A DNA stretch of 64,000 nt from Chrysomallon squamiferum (GCA_012295275.1 CM022677.1:2976001-3040000); one strand, 5' to 3'. Counted from the stretch's first letter, positions 28,021-42,450 are shown. The notes: generated from the letters alone by a model not told the origin. Numbers and translations: made by a program.

Positions 28021-30075
28021 CTTTATCTATCTATAAAAATCATACACAAACATAATTCTCTCTAATTAACATACTCATTACCATCTCTTTATCTATCTAT
28101 AAAACACATACACAAACATAATTCTCTCTAATTAACATACTCATTACAATATCTTTATCTATCTATAAAACACATACACAAACATAATTCTCTCTAATTA
28201 ACACTCATTGCAATATCTTTATAAAACACATACACAAACATAATTCTCTCTAATTCACATACTCATTAGTATCTCTTTATCTATCTATAAAACACATACA
28301 CAAACATAATTCTCTTTAATTAACACATTCATTACAATCTCTTTATCTGTCTATAAAACACATACACAAACATAATTCTCTCTAATTAACATACTCATTA
28401 CAATGTCTTTATAAAACACATTTTCTCTCTAATTAACATATCTATAAAAAACACATACACAAACATAATTCTCTCTAATTAACATACTCATTACAATCTC
28501 TTTATCTATCTATAAAACACATACACAAACATAATTCTCTCTAATTAACATACTCATTACAATGTCTTTATCTATCTATAAAACACATACACAAACATAA
28601 TTATCTCTAATTAACATACTCATTACAATCTTTATAAAACACATTTTATCTATACTCATTAGTATCTATCTAAAAAACACATACACAAACATAATTATCT
28701 CTAATTAACATACTCTTAAATTATAAAACACATACACAAACATAATTATCTCTAATTCACATACTCATTAGTATCTCTTTATCTATCTATAAAACACATA
28801 CACAAACATAATTCTCTCTAATTAACATACTCATTACAATCTCTTTATCTGTCTATAAAACACATACACAAACATAATTCTCTCTAATTAACATACTCAT
28901 TACAATCTCTTTATCTATCTATAAAACACATACACAAACATAATTCTCTCTAATTAACATACTCATTACAATCTCTTTATCTGTCTATAAAACACATACA
29001 CAAACATAACTTTTTAACACTCATTATCTATTTAAAAAACACATACACAAACATAATTCTCTCTAATTAACATACTCCCATCCTATCTCACTAACACATT
29101 AACATACTAACACTTTCTTCCTTATACACATATCAGCATAGATCTCTACATATCTCTGTATCTATCTGTATGTCTGTCATCTAGATATCTTCCTCTCTGT
29201 CAATCTCTCTCACTAATTGTATATCCCTCTCATTATACATATCTCTCTGTCTATAAAACACATACACAAACATAATTCTCTAATTAACATACTCATTAAT
29301 CTTTATCTATCTATAAAACACATACACAAACATAATTCTCTCTAATTAACATAATCATTACAATGTCTTTATCTATCTATAAAAACACATACACAAACAT
29401 AATTATCTCTAATTAACATACTCATTACAATGTCTTTAAAAACACATTAATTATCTCTATTCACATACAATCTCTTTATCTATCTATAAAACACATACAC
29501 AAACATAATTATCTCTAATTAACATACTCATTACAATGTCTTTATTACAAAACATAATTATCTCTTTATCTATCTATCTAACTATAAAACACATACACAA
29601 ACATAATTCAATTAACATACTCATTACAATCTCTTTATCTGTCTATAAAACACATACACAAACATAATTCTCTCTAATTAACATACTCATTACAATCTCT
29701 TTATCTGTCTATAAAACACATACACAAACATAATTCTCTCTAATTAACATACTCATTACAATCTCTTTATCTATCTATAAAACACATACACAAACATAAT
29801 TCTCTAATTAACATACTCATTACAATCTCTATCTATCTATAAAACACATACACAAACATAATTCTCTCTAATTAACATACTCATTACAATCTCTTTATCT
29901 GTCTATAAAACACATACACAAACATAATTCTCTCTAATTAACATACTCATTACAATCTCTTTATCTGTCTATAAAACACATATAAAACATACTCATACAC
30001 AAAAACACATACACAAACATAACTTCATTTATCTATAAAACACATACACAAACATAATTCTCTCTAATTAACATA
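28021..30075. repeat. 66-bp satellite array, left-arm version, with an internal duplicated flank
   Basis: Unit CTTTATCTATCTATAAAACACATACACAAACATAATTCTCTCTAATTAACATACTCATTACAATCT. Non-satellite segment ~29075-29250 recurs at ~30077-30250. Confidence 0.93.
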
Positions 30076-31227
30076 CTCCCATCCTATCTCACTAACACAT
30101 TAACATACTAACACTTTCTTCCTTATACACATATCAGCATAGATCTCTAATATCTCTGTATCTATCTGTATGTCTGTTATCTACATCTCTTCCTCTCTGT
30201 CAATCTCTCTCACTAATTGTATATCCCTCTCATTATACATATCTCTCTGTCTATCAAACTTCCAGTCTATCTTTTCATCTATCTCTCTCTCAAAAATACA
30301 TACACTCTTGCACATGCATTATGCATATATACCCATTTTCTCTCAACAATAAAAAATTCATATTCACAATTTACTATTGCATACACACATACATACCATA
30401 TGTAACACTTAGCTAGATGAATGTGACAGTGTAGGAGGGAGACAGGCAAATACAGAAGGATGAAATTGTCTTTGTCCTCCCAGTATTGGTGAATTTACTT
30501 TGACAATATTTTTGTTTTTGAAGAACTTCATTCACTTGGTGTGAACACTGTCAGTGTGTATTGAAACAGTCACATTTTGATGGATTGTTCTCATTTACAA
30601 TCATTTAAACATCAGCTTTTTCAAAATATGGTCTTATCTTGATTCTTTTATCACTTTATTTTATGTATATAATGAACTGCTTCTAAGTAGTTCTCATGGA
30701 TTTCACTCAACATGCAGTGTTGTTTATGCAGAACTCAGTGAAAATTTACATGAAGCATTTAATAAAGATCAGTAACTCACTATACATCTTATTGAAACTT
30801 AGAATATTTATTTGTCAAAATAAATGTGTATTTTTAAATCTTTTTCTATTAACGGTTTACACTTTGTAAAATGTAAATATTTGTCATTTTATTTTAAAGA
30901 GTAATTAGTGATATTTAGAGGTTGTTAAATGTACAAATAGAGAGAGTGATTATGTGAAATACTGATTTGTCTTCACAGACATCTTATAAAGTACACACAC
31001 ACACACTATGCTGTCACACAATTAGAACAAAATATTTTATATATCAATATATCATCCTGTAATCCTGATTATTTTTTTTATCAATAAATGCATAAATAAA
31101 TAAATAAATAAATAAATAAAAATGAATAAATGCATAAATAAATAAATAAAAACAAAATAAAGAAAAATAAATAAAGAAAAATAAATAAATAAATAAAATG
31201 ATAGTGACAGGCCAGGAGTTGGTTCAT

Positions 31228-31427
31228 NNNNNNNNNNNNNNNNNNNNNNNNNNNNNNNNNNNNNNNNNNNNNNNNNNNNNNNNNNNNNNNNNNNNNNNNN
31301 NNNNNNNNNNNNNNNNNNNNNNNNNNNNNNNNNNNNNNNNNNNNNNNNNNNNNNNNNNNNNNNNNNNNNNNNNNNNNNNNNNNNNNNNNNNNNNNNNNNN
31401 NNNNNNNNNNNNNNNNNNNNNNNNNNN
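31228..31427. other. Assembly gap (200 N)
   Basis: Run of exactly 200 N, consistent with a fixed-length scaffolding join. Confidence 0.99.
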
Positions 31428-31440
31428 CCACTAGTATACC

Positions 31441-31482
<42 letters not shown>

Positions 31483-32498
31483 TTAACTTTTTTTTGCTAA
31501 CGGAGACAACCGTAACAGAACATTCCATACAACCTCATTCAATGATGCGAACTCTTTGATAGGAAAAAAGCAGATTTAATAACGATATTGTTATATTTGG
31601 CGACATACTTTCTTGTTTATACAAAATATGGTGGTGTAGCAGCCAGTGCAGTAATGTTTTTGTCAAAAAATGTTTTGAGAGGTTACACTTTTATTTATAG
31701 ATATATAAAAACGGATACTATGTAATGTTTCTGAAATGTTTTAAATATGTTTATAAATGCATTGTTCTAGAAGTGTATTTCTGTACAATCCCGAATGCTT
31801 CTGTATCCAATGTTAAAATGTTTTATAGATGAAAAAATGTTTAGTAAAAAAACAGCGGAGAACTAGCGAATTGGATTAAAAGATGAACCGGACAAAGCTC
31901 TCTCTTATACAGATTAAATAAATTCTAATGAAATTAGAAAATGATTATTTTTCAAAATAAAATAAAATTCCTAAGCTAACACGATTTCTACTTCTAAATA
32001 TATGCATAAATACATAAAAACAATCACATATATAAACGATGATGATGTATGTGTGTGTGAGTGTGCGTGAGTGGATATTTTTGTGTAGATAACAACTGCT
32101 GAAATCTCTATATCTATAGCCCATTTTGCATCCACTATTTCCAATTCTTTGTCTAAGGTTGATTCACATTAAATGATTAGACATACAGATATTACGATCA
32201 TGATGCATATACATATCTCAAAACATTGACGGTAGTTACAAATAGTTACGTGAATTACAGGCCTAACGCTGGGTTTGATCTTTTCTCAAGACAGATCTGA
32301 AATATGTCTAGTCGACATATTCATATTTCCCGCCGATCTTTCTACGTCACTGCAAATCTTTAGTTGAATAGAAATCCATGGCTGAAAAACGCAGTCGTTT
32401 TGAAGAAAACGATAGCTTATTTCAATAGTTTTTAGCAAAAGAATTTCATTGTTTTACAATTTGTTGTATTTATAAAAATAAATGTTGGTTTAGGTATC

Positions 32499-32538
<40 letters not shown>

Positions 32539-35370
32539 GTTTTTATTATTTTATTGTTGTTATTATTTATTTATTTTATTTTATTTTATTTTAAATCTAC
32601 CGAATTTTGATCCCAACAGAAAAATTGCTTGATCTACATCCTGATAAAGGTGAGATAAGAATCATATTTGAATTTTATTTCATTTGAAACGGTCTCAAAT
32701 TTTGAAATGCTTTCAGTGTTTCTTAAAAATGGAGAAATAAACAAACAGAAATAAAAAGAAGCCCACAAACATAAATCAGAATAGTGACATATATAATGGC
32801 TCATACCACCAAACAATTTTTGTTATGACAAAATTATTTAAAATATGTTTGTATAGGTGTGACCTGTCAGTGTTTGACATAGGCATGGCTTATTTTAGAT
32901 ACGTCTTTGAATGCAAAAGAACCAAATAATAAATTTTAGCTTTTAAAAATACGTTAGTGAGTTTTCAGCAGAGTGTCTTAGATACTTCTGTCTTATTAGT
33001 TCATATTTGTCTTTTAGAACCAGTTCATCCAAGAAAACGAAAACGAAAGGTAAATTAAAAACGACGTTAAAATAATCTTTTAAATTGTTTGCGGAGGGGT
33101 GGACTGACAGTAGATATGAAAGACGTATAAAGATAATAAAATGATGACAATTCGATTTAAACACTGAAATAATATTTACATTATTAAAAACTAGAATGTA
33201 ATTTGATATTCAGTCTTGCTACAACGACATATTGTTTTCATCTACATCCAGTGCTATGAATTATAAAGGCTTTATTTGTTTATTTATTTATTTTTAAACC
33301 TTTCTACCCAGTGTTACTTGAAGTTTTAATATGTTCTTTTCTTCATTTGTGCACGATGTATACCGCTGTCAGATTAGCTTTTTTTATTTTGGGTTTTTTT
33401 GGGGGTTTGGGGGGGTTTGGAGGGGGGTTGGTCAGATTTTATATATTTTAATAAAAATGTAAATTTTAAACGTTTATCATACTTTATTTCACAGTGACCA
33501 TTCTAGTAAAGAAAAAGAAAGAGTCTTTGTAAGTTAATTTTTTTAATTAATTTATTCCTGTCTGTTTTATGACAGCATTGACTGTCTGACCACATTTCCC
33601 TATCCACCTCCTTTACTCCTTTTTTATCTTTACAGACGCTAACACAATAGAAATATGATGTAATAAAATCGTTTATCTTTGTTAATCTTCATGTATTTAG
33701 TCATTTCAACATAAATGTATTTGTCTTGACTCATTATTTCATTACATTGTGTCACTTTTCACTTGATTCACTTTAATCACTCTTTTATACAGTTTTAAAC
33801 AGACATGCACACACACTAATATTAATAATCAAAAGAAATGCTACCTCAGTACAATTTAAATTTCACAAATATAATAAAACATATTAACTTTCATATGTTT
33901 TTATTTAACATTTCAGCGCGCCAGAAAAACACCGAAAAAAGCAAAAAACATTTCAAGAAAGTAATATTCTACCATTACCTGTATATATAAAGAAGTCAAC
34001 TCTTTGTGATTCTTAGAATCTGCATTTAACTGAAAAAAAGAAAAAAAAAACATAAATAACAAATACCGCAAATAAAAGTAGAAATCCATCATCCTCTCAA
34101 AATAAAAAATTATATGAGAGTAATTTCCCTTTTTTCTTTCTTCTGTTTGTGGGATTCTCGGTGTACGTCATTGCGCACCACAGAAAATCGCTGATAACGA
34201 AACGTCGTATATAGCTGTATAATGAGTAATAAATGCAAAATGTGTAGGTACTTTCAGGAATATCATATATCAAATTACTATAAACAATATACCGTATCTA
34301 TTAATATGTGATAAATAACTAACATATAAACAATAAAAAAAAAAATAGTGCACGCTGTCAAAACCGGATGATTCATTGAGACCAATGTGATATACGTTTT
34401 AGACAGAGAACTTTTTCTAAAGATTAAAATAACATAAAACTGGAATATTGTTTTATTATAAATGTTAATGGTCTGTCAGTTGTCAGAGGATAAATAGTCT
34501 GTCATTGCTGACTGCGTTTTTTGTTTGTTTTTTTTTTTTTTTTTGTGTTTCTTTCTCTGTCATGGCCTCCAAGTTTAACATTAATTGCAAAAGCTGCTTT
34601 CCATAACTGCAGCAAAAGATTTAATTTGTTTTCTCATTTTAAGATAATCAGATGTTTGTTTGTATCTTCAGTCCATTCAGATTTTTTAATTCGTTTTCTC
34701 TGTGATTTCCTACAGTTGCATGTAACAATCACTACATGTGTGTGTAGCTAAATCTGTTTGTTTACATCATGGAAACACGTGCAAATCTAACAATAATCTT
34801 GTTCATCTAGCTGCATATAGTATTACAAGAATCTTGATATCATTGTTTGTTAAGCAATCAAAGAAGAGCGATCAATTTATCTCACGCGCTAGTCTAATTG
34901 TGTTCAAATTGCCATCAATGTTTAAGAAATGATAATACTTAGAAAATTGTGTGCTGTTGTTAACAAAGCTAATTATATATAAACTTGTTCTGAAATTTGC
35001 ACCCAGAATCATCGAGATTGGATTAGTTTTTGTTCATAATAGGTTACCGATAGCTGGACGAAACTTTGAAATGGTGCAGCTTATGCAGGCTATTCAGAAA
35101 TCTGTATTAGTCGAAGACTGGTTTTCGCAGAGTCCACTGTATACAGTTAATAATAATAATAAATTCATGTATTCATGACGTAAACAATATATCCGAAATA
35201 TCCTAGGATAATTTATGCAATGTACAGCAAGTTACTGACATTTATGATATTCTAATTCTGTAAAACAACACATGAAAAAGTAACATACTGAATCAACTGT
35301 TACATCAGTGCGGGGAATTTTATACAATATTTTCATTATGTATTTTAATTAAGTAAAGTAAATATTTCTA

Positions 35371-35494
<124 letters not shown>

Positions 35495-36374
35495 TTGCCA
35501 GTTTTTTAATATAGGAGTACTTGTTGTTTAACGCAACATGTACGTAATGACAATTTACATCTACAATGGACTGTTAATATATATAATTTTTAACTATCGA
35601 TATTACAAATTTCAGTACATCTCAAAACAGACTTGTTGACGTTTGGCTGAAATAAGTAGAAACTGGTAAGTTTAATACTTTTTAAGGGACTATCAAGTAT
35701 TAGAGTGTCACTGATGATCTAATAACAATAATAATTGATTAAGGCGTTTCCCTCTTTGTTGAAATAATGATGAGATGTTTCATTAAAACAAAATACTTGA
35801 ATTACGTCAGAGTAAACAGTATACGGACCTAAGAGAAAATTACTTTTATTAGAAATTATTATTATAAATATTCACATACAGCATCTTTGATTAATATTTT
35901 TAATAAATAAATAAATAAATAGACACCCATTAAAAATATATCTCCTTTTACAGTTAACACGATCTTTAATTTTTATATCAAGAACAAAGAATACAACAGT
36001 AAGCATGTTTATATCGGTTTGTTATATTCTTACTGCTGCTCTTGTTGTATCTTGTATCTAAAGACAAAGTGTAACGTTTGCACTGATTCTATGAAGTTGA
36101 AGAAACTCAAGCGACAAGAAGACGTAATCATTATATTTTGAACGAGAGTCACTTACACAAACAGGCGTCTTTGAAAAATAATGCGGAATTAAGCAAGAAA
36201 AAAAAGAAGAAAAGAAATCAATAACATGCAATAAGAAGTACTTTAAATATACTTTTTGTTTGTTTTGTTTTTACATAAATGCCTATGTAAAATATTTACA
36301 AACCAAAAATTAATCAGTAAGCAAGAAACCTCTTTCTAGGACCTGCGCACATTAAAAGTTACATCGTATTTCAT

Positions 36375-37545
36375 TTATTCTTCAGGATTTGTGGACCATG
36401 GCCGCTTGAATTCTTGTCCCTTTTTTAGAATCCAGTAAGTTGATACCCATTTAGAGCCAATAAGAACAGGACAAGCTCCGTGAATTGTCATTTTGTTAGG
36501 TGAACCATTCCGATACAAATTATACCAAAATATAGTTGAACCTGCTTTAGGTTGTATTCTTATACCAAGATGAAGAAACTCTGTTGCACCTCCTTCTACA
36601 TCACTCAAATAGTTTAACCACGTGGCAATTCTGTTTCCACGACAAGAATCTGCTTTGTGGAAATAGTCAGTTTGAGCCGTGAACTGTCCGCCTATTCCAT
36701 AGTTTGCTACCTGCAGTCGTTCTGAAGCTTTCATTGAAAGACCTGTGATTGCTTCAATTCTTTTCTGAATACTCAAGTCTGCTTCTATGCAACCTCTTCC
36801 TAAAAATGTATTTTTGCTAATTCTTTTCTCAGATTTCACATGTTTTCCATAGTTATCGATTTCAGATGTTTTTAAAAGTGGCAAAGAAACTGTTTTAATG
36901 TCTTCAATTGCAGCATCACTGATAAAATCATGATAGAGAACAATTTTCGGTGAGAAATGCAGAATCTCTTCTTTAGCAGGCTTAAGAATTAGAAACGGAT
37001 TTTTGTTGTTGTAATGGTAGCGACATTTCAAACGATGTCGCTGTCGTACTTTAATAACGTCTTCAGCACGACAGAGAGCATCGAAAGTTGTTTTTTCTTT
37101 AACTCTGGCATTTTTTCTCTTTTCTTTCCTACATTTTGATACACTTAAAAACTTTTTCCTTCTGTTCGGAGCACGTTTTTGTTCACGAGCTAACATTAAC
37201 TGTTCATTTGTCAAATCTAAAACGTGTTCTATCTGTCCCGCTAATTCTCTACCGTGTATGTCATAGTCATGAAGTTCTAACCGAGATACGTTCTGAATTT
37301 TTTCTGTTCTTCTTTCTCAAGACTTAACTCCATCCAGATATGTACAGATTTGTATTTTTTTCATTATGTATGCAAGGCGACCTAATTGATGATAACGGTC
37401 TTCTGCTGATAATCTCTGTAATATATCGTTCATGTATAAATGCGTCTGCTAATCTTGTCGCATTTAATTTGTACGTGTCCTGAAGTCGAAACAGAGCTGC
37501 AGCGACCCCTTTTAAATTTCGCAGGTTATTAAACTGGTGGATAAA
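36375..37545 (-). pseudogene. P4HA: Prolyl 4-hydroxylase alpha subunit-like, frameshifted and intronless over the visible span
   Basis: ORF 36375-37214 has LKCRY..NPFLILKPAKEE, LQVANYGIGG, GNRIATWLNYLSDVEGGATEF and HGACPVLIGSKWV. Upstream, GVAAALFRLQDTYKLN, LSAEDRYHQLGRLAY and WMELSL appear in shifting frames. The HxD His is replaced (AQTD). Confidence 0.88.
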
Positions 37546-37909
37546 AAGACTGCCTACCTATATTATGGAAATTATATTAATAATTTGTTTAAGTCAGAAT
37601 AAAGTAACATACAGACAAAAAAGAAAACAAAAACACTCCTCAAGAAAAAAGAAAAAACCGTAAAAACAGATTAAAATGTGCATTACAGCTGTCATTTAGA
37701 AGTGGCGCACTTCTTAAGTTATGAAGATTTTGAAGTGTTGTCTGCAGTTGTTCTGTTTCTTCTTCAAAACACATACAAATCAGATGTCACTAGTTATTAA
37801 TCGTTTATGCAAACTCGCCATGTTAAGACATTTTATGACATTTCTATTTTTTATTATGTTATTCCATATTTTTCATTTTTTTAATTTTATTTTATGAATG
37901 TGTTTTGAA

Positions 37910-39090
37910 AAAATGATATTAGCAGTATTAAGAAAATAAATACTGTAGTCACGTGATATGAGCAGCTTAACTAAATAACTATTGTACAGTAACGTGATAT
38001 TGCCAGAGATAAGTAAATAAATATTGTGCAGTAAAGTGATATTAGCAGTAGTAAAAAAAAAACTGTACAGTAACGTGATATTAGGAGCGTTAAATAAATC
38101 AATACTGTACAGTAACGTGATATTAGCACCATTAAAATAAATACTGTACAGTAACGTGATATTAGCGGTATTAAGTAAATAAATACTGTACAGTAACGTG
38201 ATACTAGCGGTATTAAGTAAATAAATACTGTACAGTAACGTGATACTAGCGGTATTAAGTAAATAAATACTGTACAGTAACGTGATATTAGCGGTATAAA
38301 TAAATAAATACTGTACAGTAACGTGATATTAACATTAAGTAAATAAATACTGTACAGTAACGTGATAGTAGCGGTATTAAGTAAATAAATACTGTACAGT
38401 AACGTGATATTAGCTGTATTAAAATAAATAAATACTGTACAGTAACGTGATATTAGCGGTATTAAGTAAATAAATACTGTACAGTAACGTGATACTATCA
38501 ACATTAAGTAAATAAATACTGTACAGTAACGTGATATTAGCAACATTAAGTAAATAAATACTGTACAGTAACGTGATACTAGCAACATTAAGTAAATAAA
38601 TACTGTACAGTAACGTGATACTAGCGGTATTAAGTAAATAAATACTGTACAGTAACGTGATACTAGCGGTATTAAGTAAATAAATACTGTACAGTAACGT
38701 GATATTAACGGTATTAAGTAAATAAATACTGTACAGTAACGTGATATTAACTCACATTAAGTAAATAAATACTGTACAGTAACGTGATATTAACTCACAT
38801 TAAGTAAATAAATACTGTACAGTAACGTGATACTAGCGGTATTAAGTAAATAAATACTGTACAGTAACGTGATATTAGCAATGTTAATTAAAAAAAGAAC
38901 TGTACAGTATCGTGATATTAGGAGCGTTAAGTAAATAAATACTGTACAGTGACGTGTGATATTAGCAGACATTAAGCAAAATAAATATGTACAGTAACGC
39001 GATATTAGCAGTATTAAGTAAATTAAAAACTGTGACGTGATATTAGTAGTATTAAGTAAAGAAATACTGTACAGTGACGTGTGATATTAA
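37910..39090. repeat. 42-bp minisatellite, roughly 27 copies
   Basis: Unit AAATACTGTACAGTAACGTGATATTAGCGGTATTAAGTAAAT; explains ORFs 37971-38588 and 38790-38972. Confidence 0.95.
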
Positions 39091-39099
39091 CCAAGACGT

Positions 39100-39580
39100 T
39101 AATACTGAAACGACGGCGACATTACTAGAAATCACAATAGTCTATTTGAAGAGGTGATTCGCCCGCTCAAAAAGTTTGTGGAATGATTCATAAAAAGCGC
39201 TAAAGAATAATGAGAAGGACTCTAGAAAGCTAGAAACAACGCCGTTACGACGGCAACGATGGTGATATTGATAGAAATGGTATAATATAACATTTTAGAA
39301 TAGGATCTGAATACTAAAAAAGAGTGAATAATAATTAATAAAAAGGAAAAGAATAGTGAGAATGGCTCCGAGAACTATGAGAACAACGCCAGTTCGAAGG
39401 TAGCGACAGCGACATTAATAGAAATATTAATAATATATTTTAATTCACGATGGGCACGTTCAGAAAATAAGAATAACAGTGAATGAAAAAACGAAAAGGA
39501 ATAATGAGGAGTGCACCAATGACGTTAGGAATGATCCTGGGCCGACGGCATTGCCGCCTCGTTAATAGAAATATTAATTT
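39100..39580. repeat. Degenerate ~145-bp tandem repeat, 3-4 copies
   Basis: GACGGC/GACAGC...TAATAGAAAT motifs recur near 39112, 39249, 39404 and 39544, with AATAATGAG-like blocks in between. Confidence 0.55.
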
Positions 39581-39979
39581 TATTTCTTTAACGTAGGATA
39601 TGGACACTAACTGCAATATTTAATAAAAGGCAAAATAATATTTTTGTTTTTTCAGACAATGTTTTCAGACGTATCTCAAATATTGGTAAATTCCTGTACA
39701 ATAATAAGCAACTTGTAGTGTGAGTTGTAAGTTTTGTGATTTTATTTGGTGCATTAATATAAATAAGAAGAAGAAAGAAAAAGTAGGGGAAAAACAAATT
39801 AAAACACCGTTTATTTGAAGTTTACGGTCAACGATTGGCTAATAATAAGATAAAAATAAAATATAAATAAACAAATAAAATAAATAAATTTTAATTGAGA
39901 TTGTGATGTTTCTTTATTTTATTTTATTTGTTTTGAACATTATTTTAATTTTTTTGTTTTTTTGTTTTTTTTTGGGGTG

Positions 39980-40850
39980 ATTGTATGTGCGGAAAAATGC
40001 GGGATGATTGTCGGTCTTTACGGATTTACTTTTTTATTTAGTGTTCGAAGAATTTTCTACAGAATTGGTGTAATCGCATTAAAAAAAGTTGTTTAAAGTA
40101 TTTGATTTTGTGAAGGAGACAGGTATTACTATTTATTATTATAAATGTTAATGTGTTTGGATTTTTTTTCGTTTTATTTAATTATAATTTAAAAGTCATA
40201 GACACCTGATGGCAGCCATATTATTTGAGAACAATAATGATTTATTTATTTATTTCTTTATTTAGAATTTTTTCAAATAACGACACTCGATTAATAATAA
40301 CATTCACCAGTGGTTGTACTAATGTGAACAACATAAACAACGTCATGATGTATCAGCAAATTTTGAGTGGCCAGTAATTAAATTTGTTTTAAAATAAATT
40401 GACTTGTGTAGCATACACCAAAGGAAACACCACACTACAAGTCATAGAGAATTTAAAAAATTTATTATTATTATTGTTATTGTTATTATTATTTATTTAT
40501 TTATTTATTATTTTATTTTATTTTATTTATTTTTTTGAAATAAACTAATAAAACTATTAAAAGAAAATATGCTAATTTTGTTTGACAGGTTGTTTTCAGT
40601 CAGTTTATTTATGATTTAGGTTAATTGCTGACTTGCTCTATAATTATTAAACATAATAAACTTTATAATGGGTGGGTCCCTAAATGCTTTCATATTATTT
40701 AAGCTAAATACCTGTGTAGCTCTATGTTAACACTAAAAACAAATAAAGATGAATACAAATTTAAGAAATACATGATCAGGTTATTTCACATGTAGATGCT
40801 GTAAAATATTAATAAAATTATTTGTTACAATAATATTTAACACACACAAA
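39980..40850 (+). repeat. Shared 5' block (promoter/first-exon-like), copy of 14740-15450
   Basis: See the partner feature; splice donor GGAGACAG|GTATT at 40122/40123. Confidence 0.8.
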
Positions 40851-41092
40851 CAATTAGTTATCCTGTTCTTTGTTTCCCTTCTTTTCTTAATGGTCAATTT
40901 TACTTTATTTATTTACACTTTGTTTTGTTTTGTTGTAATTCCTTCTTTTTCATCATCTTCTTCTTATTATTATTACTAAATGTTATTATTATTATTATGT
41001 TTATTTATTATTATTTTTGTAATCTTTATTATTATTATCCATTTTATTTTTCATATCATTACTAATAATTGTTTATTTTTTATGTTTTCTAG

Positions 41093-42450
41093 GTCATGTG
41101 GAGAAAATATTCCAAATGAATTTAAAGAATGGTTCTGTAAAAAATCAGATATATTTTATAAATTTCTCACCCAGCTACACAATCATTGATCAGTATCATA
41201 CTGTAGAGTGCAAGTGCTGCTGGAATACTATAATATGATATATCGATGGTTTACACACAGCAACAGGAACAAGAAGAAAAGGGCAGAGTGCCATTGAAGT
41301 GTGCTTTTTTGTGAAATCAAGCTGATGCTGGTAAAAAGACTTCATTTCCTGTGCTGCGAAACAAAAACCTAGGCAGATGACTGCGATGGCAAAAATAACA
41401 GCCAGAAAGTTGAGCAGCAGGTAACATCTGAGCTTGCCACTCTGAGAATGAAGCTGGATGAGAAGATAAAGAAAACAGATGCTGTAGCTGTAGCAGAACA
41501 AGATGAGACTCGGGAAGGCAGCGTTCATGAGATGTGTTGCCACACTGACAGTTCAAATGACTGAGCTAGTCCTGTACCTGATTCAGACAACAGAGTGGGG
41601 CCAATATCCCAGGTCCCAGTCCCCTACTTCAGCATCATAAATACTGAGGCCATTTTTGTGAAAAGGGAAACAAGAGACTAATGATAATGTGAATCAACAG
41701 TCTGGTGTCAAGTGATGTGTCAGGCCTGTGTTAGAATGTTTTCAGAAACCTCTCTACAGTGGCAGGGTATGTTCGTTTATTAGTTTATATATGTATATAT
41801 ATTTATTTATGTGTGTGAGAGAGAAATATTGCATGAATGATAATAATCAAAATAAATTATGCATTTATCAGAGAAATGTAGATTGTTAAATATTTTTTGT
41901 AGGTCATTGCAGTATTGTTCAGTTGCTGTCTAGAAAGGGAGTTTATGTTATGGAGAAGGATGAATCAGCTCTACAGACACTGCAGACTGCACAATTCCAA
42001 GTTGTAAGTTTTTATCTTATTTTTATTTCTTAGTAAAATACGTTTTATAGTAACATCTCTTTACTGATTGTAAAATAGCATAATAATAATCATTTGTTTC
42101 CTGTTGTTTTTTTATTATTTAAATTATTACTATTATTATCATTATCATTACAATGATTATACAAAGTGTATTGAAAATATTCCACACCCCTTTGTGTCTG
42201 AATAATCCAGTAACTGGTAACAGCAAAATTTTAATTTTAATAATAACAGAAACATTATTATTTATTTATAACAGTTTATTATTTTTATTATTTATTTTGT
42301 ATTTTATTTTCAGAATGCACATACAGCTCTAATTGATGTGCTGATGTTGGCTAGTGAAGTTGTTTCAGTAGAAGATGCTGTCCAGCACTGAGGATAAAGT
42401 TTGTACTGTTGCCACTGGAAAAGAGAAAAAAAAAAAAAAAACCTGAACAG
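41093..42450 (+). pseudogene. Three spliced exon relics with degenerate ankyrin-like repeats
   Basis: Exons 41093-41766, 41903-42003 and 42314-42450 join in phase: FSETSLQWQG|HCSIVQLLSRKGVYVMEKDESALQTLQTAQFQV|NAHTALIDVLMLASEVVSVEDAVQH*. This resembles the ankyrin pattern TxLHxAxxxGHxxIVxLLxxxGAxVxxxD. Several stops. Confidence 0.5.

Larger units (their letters stand above)
17369..31227 (+). repeat. Left arm of ~14 kb inverted segmental duplication
   Basis: Colinear reverse-complement match to 45901-60302. For example, 31201-31227 is the reverse complement of 45901-45927, and ORF pairs are mirrored (25089-25361/50668-50949, 24234-24428/51610-51804, 22845-23111/52893-53306). Confidence 0.95.

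Noticed and set aside
34521-35178. Three consecutive short plus-strand ORFs in the spacer
   Set aside because: No recognisable motifs on either strand; consistent with chance ORFs or an unrecognisably old relic.
37910-39090. CRISPR-like appearance of the palindromic 42-bp array (also the 29-, 66- and 91-bp arrays)
   Set aside because: Units are contiguous with no unique spacers, there are no cas genes, and the context is eukaryotic.
41190-41297. IYRWFTHSNRNKKKR resembling homeodomain helix 3
   Set aside because: The WFxN spacing is wrong, no helices 1-2 are evident, and the segment is flanked by stops.
41196-41556. Hydrophobic minus-strand ORFs
   Set aside because: They are antisense shadows of the purine-rich plus-strand exon relic.
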